Shown here piece by piece: positions 28,959 through 39,926 of a stretch of DNA of 64,000 bases (positions are counted from its first letter, which is position 1; each line of letters begins with the position of its first letter). The notes beneath the pieces are model-generated. The model did no database searches, was not told the origin of the DNA, and worked only from the letters and a program-made list of their open reading frames with translations. The stretch covers positions 116,360 through 180,359 of the forward strand of contig RDOB01000004.1 of assembly GCA_011364965.1 (NCBI GenBank). Direction: 5' to 3'. The DNA is from Candidatus Heimdallarchaeota archaeon. GTDB taxonomy: Archaea > Asgardarchaeota > Heimdallarchaeia > Hodarchaeales > Hodarchaeaceae. The translations under genes were made by a program, and so were the position numbers.

Positions 28959-31580
28959 ATGGACGATCCACGGGCATTAAGTCATATAAAAACGGTTATG
29001 ATCTTGCCATTGGGGCAGGACCATACAATACAGCTGTATGGTTTTTCCCGTGGAAAAATTTCGCAAAGAAAACCTACTATTCGAGGTAAAATCGAATATT
29101 TCCTAAAACATGAGAATCTGTGGAGACCCCGCAGACTTTTTTGGGAAGAAAAAGGAAAATGGATCGCATTTCCCCCTAAAAATACACTCCAAGAATTATT
29201 TCAGAAAGCATCCAATATAATTCTAGCAATGGAACTCCCAGAAGAAGAGAAAAAGGGGATACAGGGATTTTGTCAAGATTTTAACATTTCTATCCCAATT
29301 TATGAGAGAAATCTTTGCCCATTTTGTTTATATCACGAGAAAGTAACAGATTTACATCGAAAAAGGAAATTTATGTTCTATGAAAGAGAGATATGTGATG
29401 TTTGTGCAATACAAGAATTAGAAAAAGAATTAAAAGTAAAGAAAATCGATTTGTTAAACAGTTTACCTATTAGAAAGTATGCTTTGTCAATGCTAAGGCG
29501 CTTAGGAGATGTTCATCAAGTTTTAGAGATTTTTACGAGTGGTAACACGAATATAAGCGATTTAACTCTTGTAAAAAAGGTTGAGAAAGTAGCTGACACA
29601 AAATTAGCTCCATATATCAAAGAAATCACTAGTTACAATTTACCAGAAGAGATTACGAGGTATCTTAAAATCCGAGAAATTTCAACTTTCCTCCCTATAC
29701 AAGTAATTGCAATTAAGAAAGGACTCCTAAAGAATCAAAATATGCTAATTATTGCTGACACTAGCGCTGGTAAAACTCTAATAGGAGAACTAGCTGGATT
29801 ACAACATCTTTTAAAGAAGAAAAAATTTATTTTCACTGTTCCGCTTGTTGCTCTTGCAAATACCAAGTATGAGGAATTCAGGCAAATTTATGGAAAGGAT
29901 TTTAAGGTAGGCCTTCGAACAGGACGCTCCCGCATTTTTAACTCTATAAAAGAAAGAGAGACATTTTACAGAGACCGCTTTTCTATTAAAGAAGCTGATA
30001 TCGTTGTTGCTACCTATGAGGGGCTAGATTTACTCCTTCGAGCAAACCACATTAACTTTAAGGAGATTGGATGTATTGTTATTGATGAAGTTCAATCACT
30101 AACTGATGAGGAAAGAGGAGCTACCCTAGATTGCCTAATAGCTAAAATTAGAGTTCAATCTAGAGAAACTCAAGTAATTGCTCTATCTGCAACAGTTGGA
30201 AATCCAAGTGCATTTGCACGAGATCTCAATTTAGTGCTAGCAACATTTAATCAACGCCCTATTCCTTTAGAAGAACATATTTTGATATCACGTGGTGAAA
30301 CTGAAAAAAGACGTCAAATATATAGATTGGTAAAGAAAGAAAGACAAATTAACTCGTCAAAAGGGTTTATGGGGCAAACAATTGTATTTACAAACTCAAG
30401 AAGGAAAACTGTTGAAATTTCGGAATATTTACGTTCATCAGGGATAATAAAAGCTCATGCTTATCATTCTGGTTTAGCTTTTAATCAAAGAAAACGAATC
30501 GAAATGGATTTCTCATCAGGAATATCTCCAGTTGTAGTAAGTACATATGCCCTTGGTGCTGGGGTGGATTTTCCTGCCTCTCAAGTAATCTTTGAATCTT
30601 TGATGATGGGTAATCAGATTTTAGAATCGAACAGCTTCACCCAAATGACTGGGAGAGCTGGAAGATTAGGCAAACATGATCGCGGACAGGTTGTTTTACT
30701 TTGTAGTGGAGAATCTATTTCTTCTCTTGATAACAGGAGTGAAATTGAGATTGCATTTGAACTCCTCAAAGCAAATTTGATTCCCATTGAACCAAATCAT
30801 TCCGAGGATTCCTGTGGGTCTCAAATTTTATCAATTTGTTCAATGAGGAAAAGCCTTTCTCCAGCTAAAGCAAAATCAATATATGAAACCATGATTGGAA
30901 CTAGTTCATTTAGTTTTATGCGAATCACAAATTATTTAATCCAAAATGGACTCATTCAACTAAAAAATAGAGAGAAACAGCGCTTTCTGCAACTAACACC
31001 ATTAGGAAGAGCAGGAGTACTTTCATTTTACTCCCCTGTGAAGATCAAATCAATAACATCTCAGCTTGGGAAAAAAAGAGAATTCCTAAGTATAGCTTTA
31101 GAAGCGAGTTCTCCTAAAAACGTCTATCTTTCAAAAAAATTGCATTCATATCTGGAGAAAACATATCACATGCGTTTTTCAACACGATTAATAAATAGTC
31201 CTGTTTTAGATGTGATGAGCGCCTCTCTAAAAGGGAAAGAACCTACGGAACTAAGCAAATGGTGTTTAACAATTTTTGCTAAATGGACTCAGAATTTCTT
31301 TAATTGCGAATGTAAAGAAAATCCATTTTGTGAGCATGGAAGTGAGCAAATAGGAAGATACTTGATAAGAGAACGCTTAAAGGGAAAAGATATTGATCAA
31401 ATCTCAAGAAAGATTGGACAATTTGAATTCTTGATATATCCAGGAGATATTCTATCATTCTTGAATACATTAATTCATGAGCTTGAGGGGATTCAACGGA
31501 TTTGTATTGCGCTTAATTATGAACAAATATCTTCTGAAATTGAAAAGATGATCAAAAATCTAGAAATACCTTCATCCTAG
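28959..31580 (+). CDS. Archaea-specific superfamily II (Ski2-like, COG1202/DUF5814-type) helicase
   Basis: ADTSAGKTLIGE, PLVALAN, IDEVQ, LSAT, QMTGRAGR; C-terminal CECKENPFCEH. Confidence 0.9.
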   Translation: MDDPRALSHIKTVMILPLGQDHTIQLYGFSRGKISQRKPTIRGKIEYFLKHENLWRPRRLFWEEKGKWIAFPPKNTLQELFQKASNIILAMELPEEEKKGIQGFCQDFNISIPIYERNLCPFCLYHEKVTDLHRKRKFMFYEREICDVCAIQELEKELKVKKIDLLNSLPIRKYALSMLRRLGDVHQVLEIFTSGNTNISDLTLVKKVEKVADTKLAPYIKEITSYNLPEEITRYLKIREISTFLPIQVIAIKKGLLKNQNMLIIADTSAGKTLIGELAGLQHLLKKKKFIFTVPLVALANTKYEEFRQIYGKDFKVGLRTGRSRIFNSIKERETFYRDRFSIKEADIVVATYEGLDLLLRANHINFKEIGCIVIDEVQSLTDEERGATLDCLIAKIRVQSRETQVIALSATVGNPSAFARDLNLVLATFNQRPIPLEEHILISRGETEKRRQIYRLVKKERQINSSKGFMGQTIVFTNSRRKTVEISEYLRSSGIIKAHAYHSGLAFNQRKRIEMDFSSGISPVVVSTYALGAGVDFPASQVIFESLMMGNQILESNSFTQMTGRAGRLGKHDRGQVVLLCSGESISSLDNRSEIEIAFELLKANLIPIEPNHSEDSCGSQILSICSMRKSLSPAKAKSIYETMIGTSSFSFMRITNYLIQNGLIQLKNREKQRFLQLTPLGRAGVLSFYSPVKIKSITSQLGKKREFLSIALEASSPKNVYLSKKLHSYLEKTYHMRFSTRLINSPVLDVMSASLKGKEPTELSKWCLTIFAKWTQNFFNCECKENPFCEHGSEQIGRYLIRERLKGKDIDQISRKIGQFEFLIYPGDILSFLNTLIHELEGIQRICIALNYEQISSEIEKMIKNLEIPSS

Positions 31581-31606
31581 AAATAATTATTGCTTAATTG
31601 ATTTTC

Positions 31607-31786
31607 CTAGAGCTCTCCTTTTCGGGATCTATAATCTTTAAGCAGTAATCCTAATCCAGCAAATGCAATTAAAAAGCCAATAATGTAAAATAGGGCAACC
31701 TGCCATGTACTCATGGTGCCACCGAAACCTGCAATAATTAATCCCCCCATAATTAATATTGATCCGATTAAGCGATTATCAACCAT
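31607..31786 (-). CDS. Small two-TM membrane protein
   Basis: Two hydrophobic helices and a basic tail; last gene of a minus-strand run. Confidence 0.6.
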   Translation of the reverse strand: MVDNRLIGSILIMGGLIIAGFGGTMSTWQVALFYIIGFLIAFAGLGLLLKDYRSRKGEL

Positions 31787-31850
31787 ATTATTAATTCCCT
31801 TCAATATCAATGTGCTTTCATTAAGGAGAAGAATGGAGTAATTGAGAGAT

Positions 31851-33254
31851 TTAGGCTGAAATCTTATATTTTTTCATAAGCTTGGATATCTCGTTATTAA
31901 CGATTTCTTCTGCGAATTTAGTATAATATGATAAATGTCCGTCAGAATATGCCTCAGCTCGAAAAGAAATCGCAGGTTCTGTCCCACTTTTACGGATGAG
32001 TATCCATCCATCTTCGAATTCTGCTCTTATCCCATCTAATGTTATTATTTTCTCGGTTTCCTTCATAAGCGTTTGCTTAAGATTGGTAACTACTTCAGAT
32101 TTAATTGAATCATTGCAAGGCACTCTTACCTCGTCAGATGTATAATAAGAAGGTAATGAAGCAATTTTAGTCGAAATACCTCCTTCATATTCAGGTAATA
32201 ACTCCAATAAACGAAGAGCAGAATATATGGCATCATCAAAGCCATAGTAATCATACCCAAAGTAGTAATGTCCACTTAACTCACCTGCAAAAGCAGCTTT
32301 AGATCTTATTAATTCTTCATGAATCCAAGAGTGTCCTACTTTTGTATACTTAATATGAGCTCCCTTTCCTGATAGATAATCATATGTAGCGCGGGAAGTC
32401 TTTATATCAACTAATATCTTTGCATTCGATTGGTATTTTAACATTAATTCCCCAAAAAGCATTATTATATGATCGGGCTTGATAATTACTCCTTTGTCAT
32501 CCACAAATCCCACACGATCTCCATCAGTATCAAAACCTATCCCTAGCTGATAACTATCTTTTTTCATTTCTTCTTGGATGAATCTTAGTGATGAAGCTTT
32601 AGCCGGATCTGGAATCATTATAGGAAAGTGACCATCTGGTTCAGGATGAAGGGGATTAACTAGGACGCTGAAAGATTGGAGTAAAGGAATAAATGGAAAG
32701 CAGGAACCGTTTCCGACTTCGATGATAATTTTCAAATCTTTTTGGAGATTAGATTTCATTTTCTGGAAATCCCAATATTGATTTGCAGAAATTTTTGTTG
32801 AAGACAATTGTTGACCATATTCTAAATGATCAACATTAGCAATTTGGCTACTATCTATCATCTTTTTTATCTTAATAAAGAGATTATCAAAATAGAACGA
32901 TATTCCGTTGTTATCGCATACCTTGATTCCATTATACTCAATCGGATTATGGCTAGCAGTTACCATTAGTCCAAAATCTATATTCTCGTTATGAGCAGCT
33001 AAAAAATAAATTGTGGGGGTAGTACATATTCCAATATCTAAAACGTTGCATCCAACTTCCATTAAACCTGCTTTAAGAGCTGAAACAATTATCGGAGAGG
33101 AAAGACGAACGTCTGAGCCAATCACAACATTTTTTCTGATTCCAAAAAAAGTACCGAACGCTTTACCCAAGTCTAAGACATCTTTAGTTGAAAATTGAGA
33201 CGGAAATTTACCTCTTATATCATAGGTTTTAAATATGTGTTTATCTATTCCCAT
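31851..33254 (-). CDS. Phosphomannomutase/phosphoglucomutase
   Basis: FKTYDIRG, TASHNP, FDTDGDR, GELSGH and RKSGTEP. Confidence 0.95.
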   Translation of the reverse strand: MGIDKHIFKTYDIRGKFPSQFSTKDVLDLGKAFGTFFGIRKNVVIGSDVRLSSPIIVSALKAGLMEVGCNVLDIGICTTPTIYFLAAHNENIDFGLMVTASHNPIEYNGIKVCDNNGISFYFDNLFIKIKKMIDSSQIANVDHLEYGQQLSSTKISANQYWDFQKMKSNLQKDLKIIIEVGNGSCFPFIPLLQSFSVLVNPLHPEPDGHFPIMIPDPAKASSLRFIQEEMKKDSYQLGIGFDTDGDRVGFVDDKGVIIKPDHIIMLFGELMLKYQSNAKILVDIKTSRATYDYLSGKGAHIKYTKVGHSWIHEELIRSKAAFAGELSGHYYFGYDYYGFDDAIYSALRLLELLPEYEGGISTKIASLPSYYTSDEVRVPCNDSIKSEVVTNLKQTLMKETEKIITLDGIRAEFEDGWILIRKSGTEPAISFRAEAYSDGHLSYYTKFAEEIVNNEISKLMKKYKISA

Positions 33255-33299
33255 TGAAACATCAAAATCCTTTGGTGTTTTTTTAATTTTAAATGATCT

Positions 33300-34088
33300 T
33301 TATTTATTTTTAAAAAAATTATCCAATTTTGGTTTTTTCCTTTGAAGAATTAATTGTAAAGGAGGCCAATTCCACTTATATCGAATGAAGGGGTATTTTC
33401 GGTTGTAAATTTTGTCAGAATATTCCTGCAAAAACTCTATAATGTTTGTATCCGCTGGGTTTGGGTAACCACGACCTAATTGGTAATTTGGAAGATTCCA
33501 CTTTGCTTCAATTTCTCTTAACTTGCTATCTCGGTGAGTTTTAGCCACACAAGATGCAGCAGATACTATAGGAAAATCTCTATCAGCTTTTTTTGAGATT
33601 TTAATAATTCGTTCTTGAATTTCATTCTTAATAGAAAACCGTATACATTTAGAGTCAGTGAAGAGAATTTTAGACCTAAAATCGGGTGATTTTTCTTGAA
33701 AATACCTCATCAAAACCTCATATGAATACTTCGGAGTAGATAAATTATCAATTATGATTTCAGAAGAATCTAATCTAAAAATGATATCAGCAAAATGCCT
33801 AAGTTCCAGCAAATTTAAATTATCGTGTGGTCGATTATCTAAAGTCACATCAATATCCTGAGCTTGAATTTCTATAATTTCTAACTCTGTGGCTTTCTCC
33901 TCAATAATTGAGGATAATTTTGCTCGTTTTCTCTCTCCTTTTACTCCATTGAATAACTTAGAATCTTTTAATCCTAATTTTGAAATCTGTTTTAGGTTTT
34001 CCTGATCTAATGATATACCAGCTATGATTAGAGGGCCAACAAGACTTCCACGACCAGCTTCATCTATTCCAGATATTAGCAATCCCAT
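33300..34088 (-). CDS. rnhB: Ribonuclease HII
   Basis: GIDEAGRG..VGP, LKDSK, KAD..FPIVSAASCVAK..RD, GRGYP. Confidence 0.93.
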   Translation of the reverse strand: MGLLISGIDEAGRGSLVGPLIIAGISLDQENLKQISKLGLKDSKLFNGVKGERKRAKLSSIIEEKATELEIIEIQAQDIDVTLDNRPHDNLNLLELRHFADIIFRLDSSEIIIDNLSTPKYSYEVLMRYFQEKSPDFRSKILFTDSKCIRFSIKNEIQERIIKISKKADRDFPIVSAASCVAKTHRDSKLREIEAKWNLPNYQLGRGYPNPADTNIIEFLQEYSDKIYNRKYPFIRYKWNWPPLQLILQRKKPKLDNFFKNK

Positions 34089-35183
34089 TTAATCGATTCC
34101 AGTCATCTCGATTGCATTTTCTGCAGCTGATTTTGTCAAACCTTCTGATAAGATAGTATACCGAGAAGGACGGATTTTTTGTGCCTCATTAAGAGCATTA
34201 AGCATTAAATCGCGATCAATCCCTAATTCTCCCAGTGTTACGGGTGCATTTACCTCTTTTAGTAAATCTCGAGTTCTCTTCCAATCTTCGCCATGTAAAT
34301 ACATCATTAATATTGAAGCAAAGCCAGTTTGATGTCCGTGAGCAATATTTAAGTTTAAATTATTTATTTTTGTTAATTTGTCTAGTGCATGACTTACGAG
34401 ATGTTCTGATCCACTTGCAGGACGTGATGATCCAGCAATACACATTGCAACTCCACTACTCCCTAATGCTTTTATCAATACTCTTGCGCCTTGTTCACTG
34501 AAGAAAAGCTTCTTTAAGGATCGAACTTCATCTTCAACCATATTAGCAGTCATTTCAGCAAAAGTTGCGGCATAGATATCAAATTTTGAACCTTTAAGTC
34601 TATGGGCGAGTCTCCAATCAAGTACTGCCACTCTTTTTGCTAGAATGTCTCCTACTCCTGCGCTTAATGATATTGGAGGAGCCTTACTTATTAAAGTAGT
34701 ATCCCCTATAATCGCAAGGGGTGACGTAGGAGTATAAGCTTTACCTCCCTTTTTTTGGGATTGAGCGAGAAGTTGCTCTCGTAATGTAAAATTAATATAT
34801 GGACTGGAGAAACCATCATGACTGGCATTTGTTGGTATAGCTATATAATCTGACTTAGAAAAACTTGATATAACCTTCACATAATCAATTATTGTTCCCC
34901 CTCCAACTGCCATTAAAGATGATTTTTCATCCTCAATCTCGATTGCTTCATCAATTAGATATTCCAGATTAGTGGATTTCGGAAGTATTTCGTGAGTATA
35001 ATCGATTGGGCTATCGATATTAGGTAAAATGGAATTAATAGTAATATTTTTTGTCAAGGAAGATCCACTATAAATCTTTAGCTTGTCAATTCCAATATCA
35101 TTGCAAACACTTGAAATCCGTTCGATAGCATTTGGCCCAAAAGCAACTCTTCGCGGGACTGTGATTTCTTGTATAGAGGAGAC
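34089..35183 (-). CDS. egsA: sn-Glycerol-1-phosphate dehydrogenase (start extended beyond the ORF track; probable non-canonical start)
   Basis: VGGGTIID, PTNASHDG, SSRPASGSEHLVSHALD, HGHQ. The in-frame upstream segment QEITVPRRVAFG matches the EgsA N-terminus. AGGAGG lies 8 nt before GTC at 35183. Confidence 0.88.
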   Translation of the reverse strand, partial: VSSIQEITVPRRVAFGPNAIERISSVCNDIGIDKLKIYSGSSLTKNITINSILPNIDSPIDYTHEILPKSTNLEYLIDEAIEIEDEKSSLMAVGGGTIIDYVKVISSFSKSDYIAIPTNASHDGFSSPYINFTLREQLLAQSQKKGGKAYTPTSPLAIIGDTTLISKAPPISLSAGVGDILAKRVAVLDWRLAHRLKGSKFDIYAATFAEMTANMVEDEVRSLKKLFFSEQGARVLIKALGSSGVAMCIAGSSRPASGSEHLVSHALDKLTKINNLNLNIAHGHQTGFASILMMYLHGEDWKRTRDLLKEVNAPVTLGELGIDRDLMLNALNEAQKIRPSRYTILSEGLTKSAAENAIEMTGID

Positions 35184-35358
35184 TGTTTTTTCCTCCTAAA
35201 TAAGGGGATTTTTTGAAAAGGGACATTCAAAACGAAAATACTCTGATTTTTAGGATTTATGGATTTACTTTTTTCGCTTCCAAAAATCCATTGTATTCCC
35301 TTTTTAATAAGTAGGTGAGAGAGATCAGATTAATTAATATTTCAGTTGTGAAATAATT

Positions 35359-36393
35359 TTATTGTTTCGAATCTATGAATGAGACCTTCTCCTTTCGATA
35401 TCTTAATACTTCTGTACCTCCTAATCTTAAAGTGGAATATCCTCCAAAGATCATTAGAAGTATTGATTTTAAAATACGATCAATTAATGGCACAATTGTT
35501 GCATAAGCTTGCTGATAATTTGGAGATCTCGATAAAATTAGAGCTACAACGACTTCATATTCCCCCATTGCACCAGGAAGTATAGGAATGATGAATGTCA
35601 AGTTTCCTAAAGAAGAAGCCAAGAAAATCAATCCTAATTCGCTCAAACTGTAATTTAATACTGAGTTAGTGATGATATAGAGCATTATTCCCTCAAAACA
35701 CCATATGCTTGTAGAGAGTAAGATAACAACTAATAGAACTAGAGGTTTTGTCCTAAAATCGTTTACTCCCTTTTGAAAAGCAGTAAAAATGGACAATAAT
35801 GGTTTCGCAAGCGCTTGAGGGAAAAGATTAATAATGCGTTTCACATATTGCGGAAAAAATAAACTTAAAGATATAATGATTAATATGAAAAGGATTATAA
35901 GAAATCCGAGAATTATCAAGCTAGTTTCAATGGTAGAGGGGCTAGTACTAAGAAAAAAACCGCCAACTAATATTAAGCTACCTATTATGACTGTAATTAA
36001 ACCAATCACACTCAAAATTTGCTCTAGTATTATTGTTGATAAAGTATCTGATAATTTAACATTATGACTTCGTTTCAAAGAATAAATTCGAATAGTTTCC
36101 CCTGCGCGAGCAATTGTAAAAATATTTATTGCTAATGCTGAAGTTAAGGGGATTAGCAATTGCGCTACAGGAATCTCAACTCCTTGGGATCGTAGAAGTA
36201 GCTTCCATCTTACTGCTCGTACTAATAAGTCAAGAAGATAAATCATTACAAGAAGGAAGATACTAATGATTCCTAGATTGTAAATATTTGATATAATGTA
36301 CTGCGGTTGAGCAAAAAGTATCAAAAAAATTAGTACTATTATTGTTAAAGAATAAATAATATAGTTCTGCCATCGCTGATTAAGTATATTCAA
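35359..36393 (-). CDS. Lysylphosphatidylglycerol synthase TM / flippase-like (UPF0104) membrane protein
   Basis: RAVRWKLLL, ARAGETIR and PGAMGEYE motifs; multi-TM. Confidence 0.85.
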   Translation of the reverse strand: MNILNQRWQNYIIYSLTIIVLIFLILFAQPQYIISNIYNLGIISIFLLVMIYLLDLLVRAVRWKLLLRSQGVEIPVAQLLIPLTSALAINIFTIARAGETIRIYSLKRSHNVKLSDTLSTIILEQILSVIGLITVIIGSLILVGGFFLSTSPSTIETSLIILGFLIILFILIIISLSLFFPQYVKRIINLFPQALAKPLLSIFTAFQKGVNDFRTKPLVLLVVILLSTSIWCFEGIMLYIITNSVLNYSLSELGLIFLASSLGNLTFIIPILPGAMGEYEVVVALILSRSPNYQQAYATIVPLIDRILKSILLMIFGGYSTLRLGGTEVLRYRKEKVSFIDSKQ

Positions 36394-36398
36394 TCAAA

Positions 36399-38321
36399 TC
36401 ACATCTCATCTACTAAAGGAATACCTAGAATTTGTAATACATTTTGCATTATAATATGGAAATCTTTTACTAATTTAATTCTAAATGATTTTAGAGGTTC
36501 AGATTCAGCATTAATCACTCTAGAGGTTTCATAGAAGCGATTAAAAGAGCTAGATAATTCAAAAGCGTATTTTGTGACCTGAATGGGTTGAAACGAATCT
36601 GCAGCTGATTTAATCACTTCTGGAAGACGATATAAGTCAAGAATAAGCTGTTTCTCGTTTAGGGAAATATCGGAATCAACAATTGCAAGTTTTGATTGAA
36701 ATTTCATCTGTTTTGATTTCTCAAGTATTTTTTTAGCTCGAACGTATGAATAAAGAAGAAAAGGACCAGTATCACCTTCCAGAGATGTTGCATCTTCAAT
36801 CCTAAATTTTATTTCAGTTTCTGTAGAGAATTTTGCCAACCAATACCTTAATGCAGCAATAGAAACATTTGTAGTGATTATTCTCTTGTTCTCGGGATGT
36901 TCATCAAGATCCGGCCTTTTAGAGGTAAGTACCTTCATTGCTTCGTCGAATGTATCTTCTAAGACAGCATCAGCCCAGGCTCTTTCCTCATACCAATTAC
37001 CTGATCGACCTGAAAATCGTGCTTGGGGAGCATTCACATGTTTATATGAGAGGTGATATGAATTTCGATATTTATCTTCTAAATCAAGCAACTTAAGAGA
37101 ATAACGGACAATTTCCTGTAAATATTCTTGTTCAACTCCTATCACGTTGCAAACTCTGTCCGCATTACCAAACTTTCTCGTATAAGGAAAATCAATTTCA
37201 TAATCAGTACTAGTCCATAATTCTTTTGTCTTTCCATGCTCATTTTCCTGTTTTAAAAGACTTCTAATTCGTAATTTTGGTGTAACAAGCCCATATTTCC
37301 AAAGTTGTAATCCAACATCGTGTGCAACATACGTTGGGACACCATTTGAGCGAATGAATATTTTTATGGGATTTTTCTTATCTTCAAACTCAGGAAGATG
37401 ACCAAGATATGCAACAAAGCAACCCTCATTCTCCCCTTCCTTTTCCCAGTAAAAATATTCATTTCTTTCTAATAAAGATTGGGCCTCTTCCCAAATGCCT
37501 GATCTGGAGATATCAGATTCCCAAACTAAAAAATCATACGTGATCCCATGTTTCCATGCTGTTTCTAGATTAGAATCCACACATTCTTGGCATATACTTC
37601 GCATAAATCGATAGATGGCGGGATTATTACGCATATCGATCATTACTTGATCGACTTCCTTCCATCTCTGGCTAGCTTCTAAAACAGAATTGCAATGTGA
37701 ATATACCCTCCCTAGCCAGACGTCAAAATTCTCCTTGTAATTCCGACTTATATCAAGGTGAACATTATTTAATAATCCCCAGATCAAGGTGGCCACTTGC
37801 CGACCATAATCATCTATTAAATTTTGAACCTCAACCTCCCATCCGTTCCATTCATATAATCTACTCATAATGTCTCCTAAAATAGCATTTCTAAGGTTCC
37901 CGATATGTAAAGGTTTTACAGGATTTATTGAGGTATGCTCTACTATAATTTTTTTGCCTCTTCCAGAGCTATTTCTTCCGAACTTGTGCTTCTCACGATC
38001 TATTCTCTTATCAAGTATATTAAAAAGATGACGAAAGTCAAAATAGAAGTTTATGTAACCCTTTACAGCTTCAGCATATCTGATTTCTTTTATTTTTTCT
38101 CTGATGGCATTTATTTCGGAGGAGAGTGTTTCAGCGATCTCAAATGGTGATTTTCTTAATGATTTAGCTAGTTTGAACGCGATATTTGACGATCTTTCGC
38201 CAAGTTCTAAGGTGGGAGGAATCTCAATAGACATCTTCAACATTCTTAGAAGTTCTTCATCCATCTCTGTTTGTTTTGAGATAGCTTGAGTTAATGCTTC
38301 AAATAAGAATTCATCTATCAT
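36399..38321 (-). CDS. argS: Arginine--tRNA ligase
   Basis: VEHTSINPVKPLHIGNLRN (HIGH), DDYGRQ, FSGRSG, GDTGPFLLYSYVR and DALR domain. Start moved to ATG 38321. Confidence 0.95.
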   Translation of the reverse strand: MIDEFLFEALTQAISKQTEMDEELLRMLKMSIEIPPTLELGERSSNIAFKLAKSLRKSPFEIAETLSSEINAIREKIKEIRYAEAVKGYINFYFDFRHLFNILDKRIDREKHKFGRNSSGRGKKIIVEHTSINPVKPLHIGNLRNAILGDIMSRLYEWNGWEVEVQNLIDDYGRQVATLIWGLLNNVHLDISRNYKENFDVWLGRVYSHCNSVLEASQRWKEVDQVMIDMRNNPAIYRFMRSICQECVDSNLETAWKHGITYDFLVWESDISRSGIWEEAQSLLERNEYFYWEKEGENEGCFVAYLGHLPEFEDKKNPIKIFIRSNGVPTYVAHDVGLQLWKYGLVTPKLRIRSLLKQENEHGKTKELWTSTDYEIDFPYTRKFGNADRVCNVIGVEQEYLQEIVRYSLKLLDLEDKYRNSYHLSYKHVNAPQARFSGRSGNWYEERAWADAVLEDTFDEAMKVLTSKRPDLDEHPENKRIITTNVSIAALRYWLAKFSTETEIKFRIEDATSLEGDTGPFLLYSYVRAKKILEKSKQMKFQSKLAIVDSDISLNEKQLILDLYRLPEVIKSAADSFQPIQVTKYAFELSSSFNRFYETSRVINAESEPLKSFRIKLVKDFHIIMQNVLQILGIPLVDEM

Positions 38322-38654
38322 TAATATGGTCCACCAGATGCTTATGTGTTTCTCTTCTACCTCAGATTCAATTTTTGGTAGAAATATAATTCTATCCTTC
38401 AACCTGATTATATTTTATTTAGTAGGAATTACTATTTGTCAAAAATTGGCTTTAGTTTATTAGTTATTTTAAAATATCACTAGGTATAATCCGCACTAAT
38501 TTCTCTCGGGATTAGAATCTGTATTTCCTTGAGTTTGTGAAATTTCAAAATTAATCATATCTTGCTATGTAAAGTATATAAATTCCTTGAGTAGCTGAAT
38601 CGTTGGATTACTTTTTTGCCATTTTATTGACATTTTGAATTGGAAGAAATATTT

Positions 38655-39911
38655 ATGGTACCACCTTACTATGATAATTTAGCAGAATGGACTAACTTTG
38701 TACCCGAAAGTGAAATTCGTCGTTTATTATTGACGCAAGTTAAATATTATTTTGGTGGAGGTAAACCAGGAAGCCTGCCTATTGAAACCTTCAAAAAAAT
38801 TATGTATCAACTTGCTGACGAACTTGATGAAGATGGTATTAATATCTTGAACTATGGACCCACTAGCGGGATTTCTTCTCTGAAAAAGGTACTTTTTGAC
38901 CGAATGAAAAGAGTAGATGGTATTAATATTCCTAATGGACTTGATGATATTTTAATATCAACAGGTTCTCAACAAATGCTTTATGGACTTCTCGATATAT
39001 TACTCCGCCCTCATGATATTGTAATAATGGCTCGACCCTCATATTTAGGTTTTGTAGTACCCGTTACCAAGCTAGGAGGTGATGTTCTTACTGTTCCATC
39101 CGATATGGATGGTTTAATTCCCGAACATGTTGAAAGTGCTGTCACTCTGAGTGAAAAAAAATTTAATCGTACTCCAAAAGCTATTTATGTAGTTCCAGAT
39201 TCAGACAATCCCAAAGGAACGACTTTACCTGAAAAACGACGCAAACAATTATATGAAATTGCTGTTCAACACGAAATTTTACTAATTGAAGATGCAGCTT
39301 ATCGTGAGATTCAATTTTCCAAAATTCCACCTCCCATTAAGCAGTACGATAAGGAGAACGAGTGGGTAGCGTATTTAAGAACGAGTAGTAAGGAAGCTGC
39401 TGTTCTAAGATTAGGATATTCAGTTCTTCCACCACAAATGATGGATCCTATGATCAAAGATAAAGGGTACCTTGATCTTTGTACACCGACATTGAATCAA
39501 AAAATCCTAGAAATTTACTATTCAAGATTTATTGATGAGGTTTTAGGCTATAATCTGAAGGTTTATGAAGAAAGATGCGATATTATGAGGAAAGTTATAG
39601 ATGAATATTTCCCGACAAACGGAATGCGAACCAATCCTACCGGGGGCTTTTTCTTTTGGTATCAGATGAAGAGTGAAGCGTTTGACTCAGCTAAATTCAT
39701 GGAAGAAGTTGCTATTCCAAATGATGTGCTTTATGTTCCAGGACAAGCGTTTTATCCAATAAAAGGCTATTCAGTTAGTTCAGATGGATCAAAAATGCAG
39801 GGAAATAGAATAAAAACGAATGGAATGCGATTAAGCTTCTCATTCACAACTCCAGATATCATAACTGAGGGTATGGAAAGATTAGGAAAGCTACTTCAGA
39901 AAACTGTGTGA
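38655..39911 (+). CDS. PLP-dependent aminotransferase class I/II (LysN/ARO8-like)
   Basis: SEIRRLL, GGGKP, STGSQQ, DNPKG, EDAAY, TSSK..LRLGY, MRLSFS. Confidence 0.9.
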   Translation: MVPPYYDNLAEWTNFVPESEIRRLLLTQVKYYFGGGKPGSLPIETFKKIMYQLADELDEDGINILNYGPTSGISSLKKVLFDRMKRVDGINIPNGLDDILISTGSQQMLYGLLDILLRPHDIVIMARPSYLGFVVPVTKLGGDVLTVPSDMDGLIPEHVESAVTLSEKKFNRTPKAIYVVPDSDNPKGTTLPEKRRKQLYEIAVQHEILLIEDAAYREIQFSKIPPPIKQYDKENEWVAYLRTSSKEAAVLRLGYSVLPPQMMDPMIKDKGYLDLCTPTLNQKILEIYYSRFIDEVLGYNLKVYEERCDIMRKVIDEYFPTNGMRTNPTGGFFFWYQMKSEAFDSAKFMEEVAIPNDVLYVPGQAFYPIKGYSVSSDGSKMQGNRIKTNGMRLSFSFTTPDIITEGMERLGKLLQKTV

Positions 39912-39926
39912 AAAACTAAACTTGCC

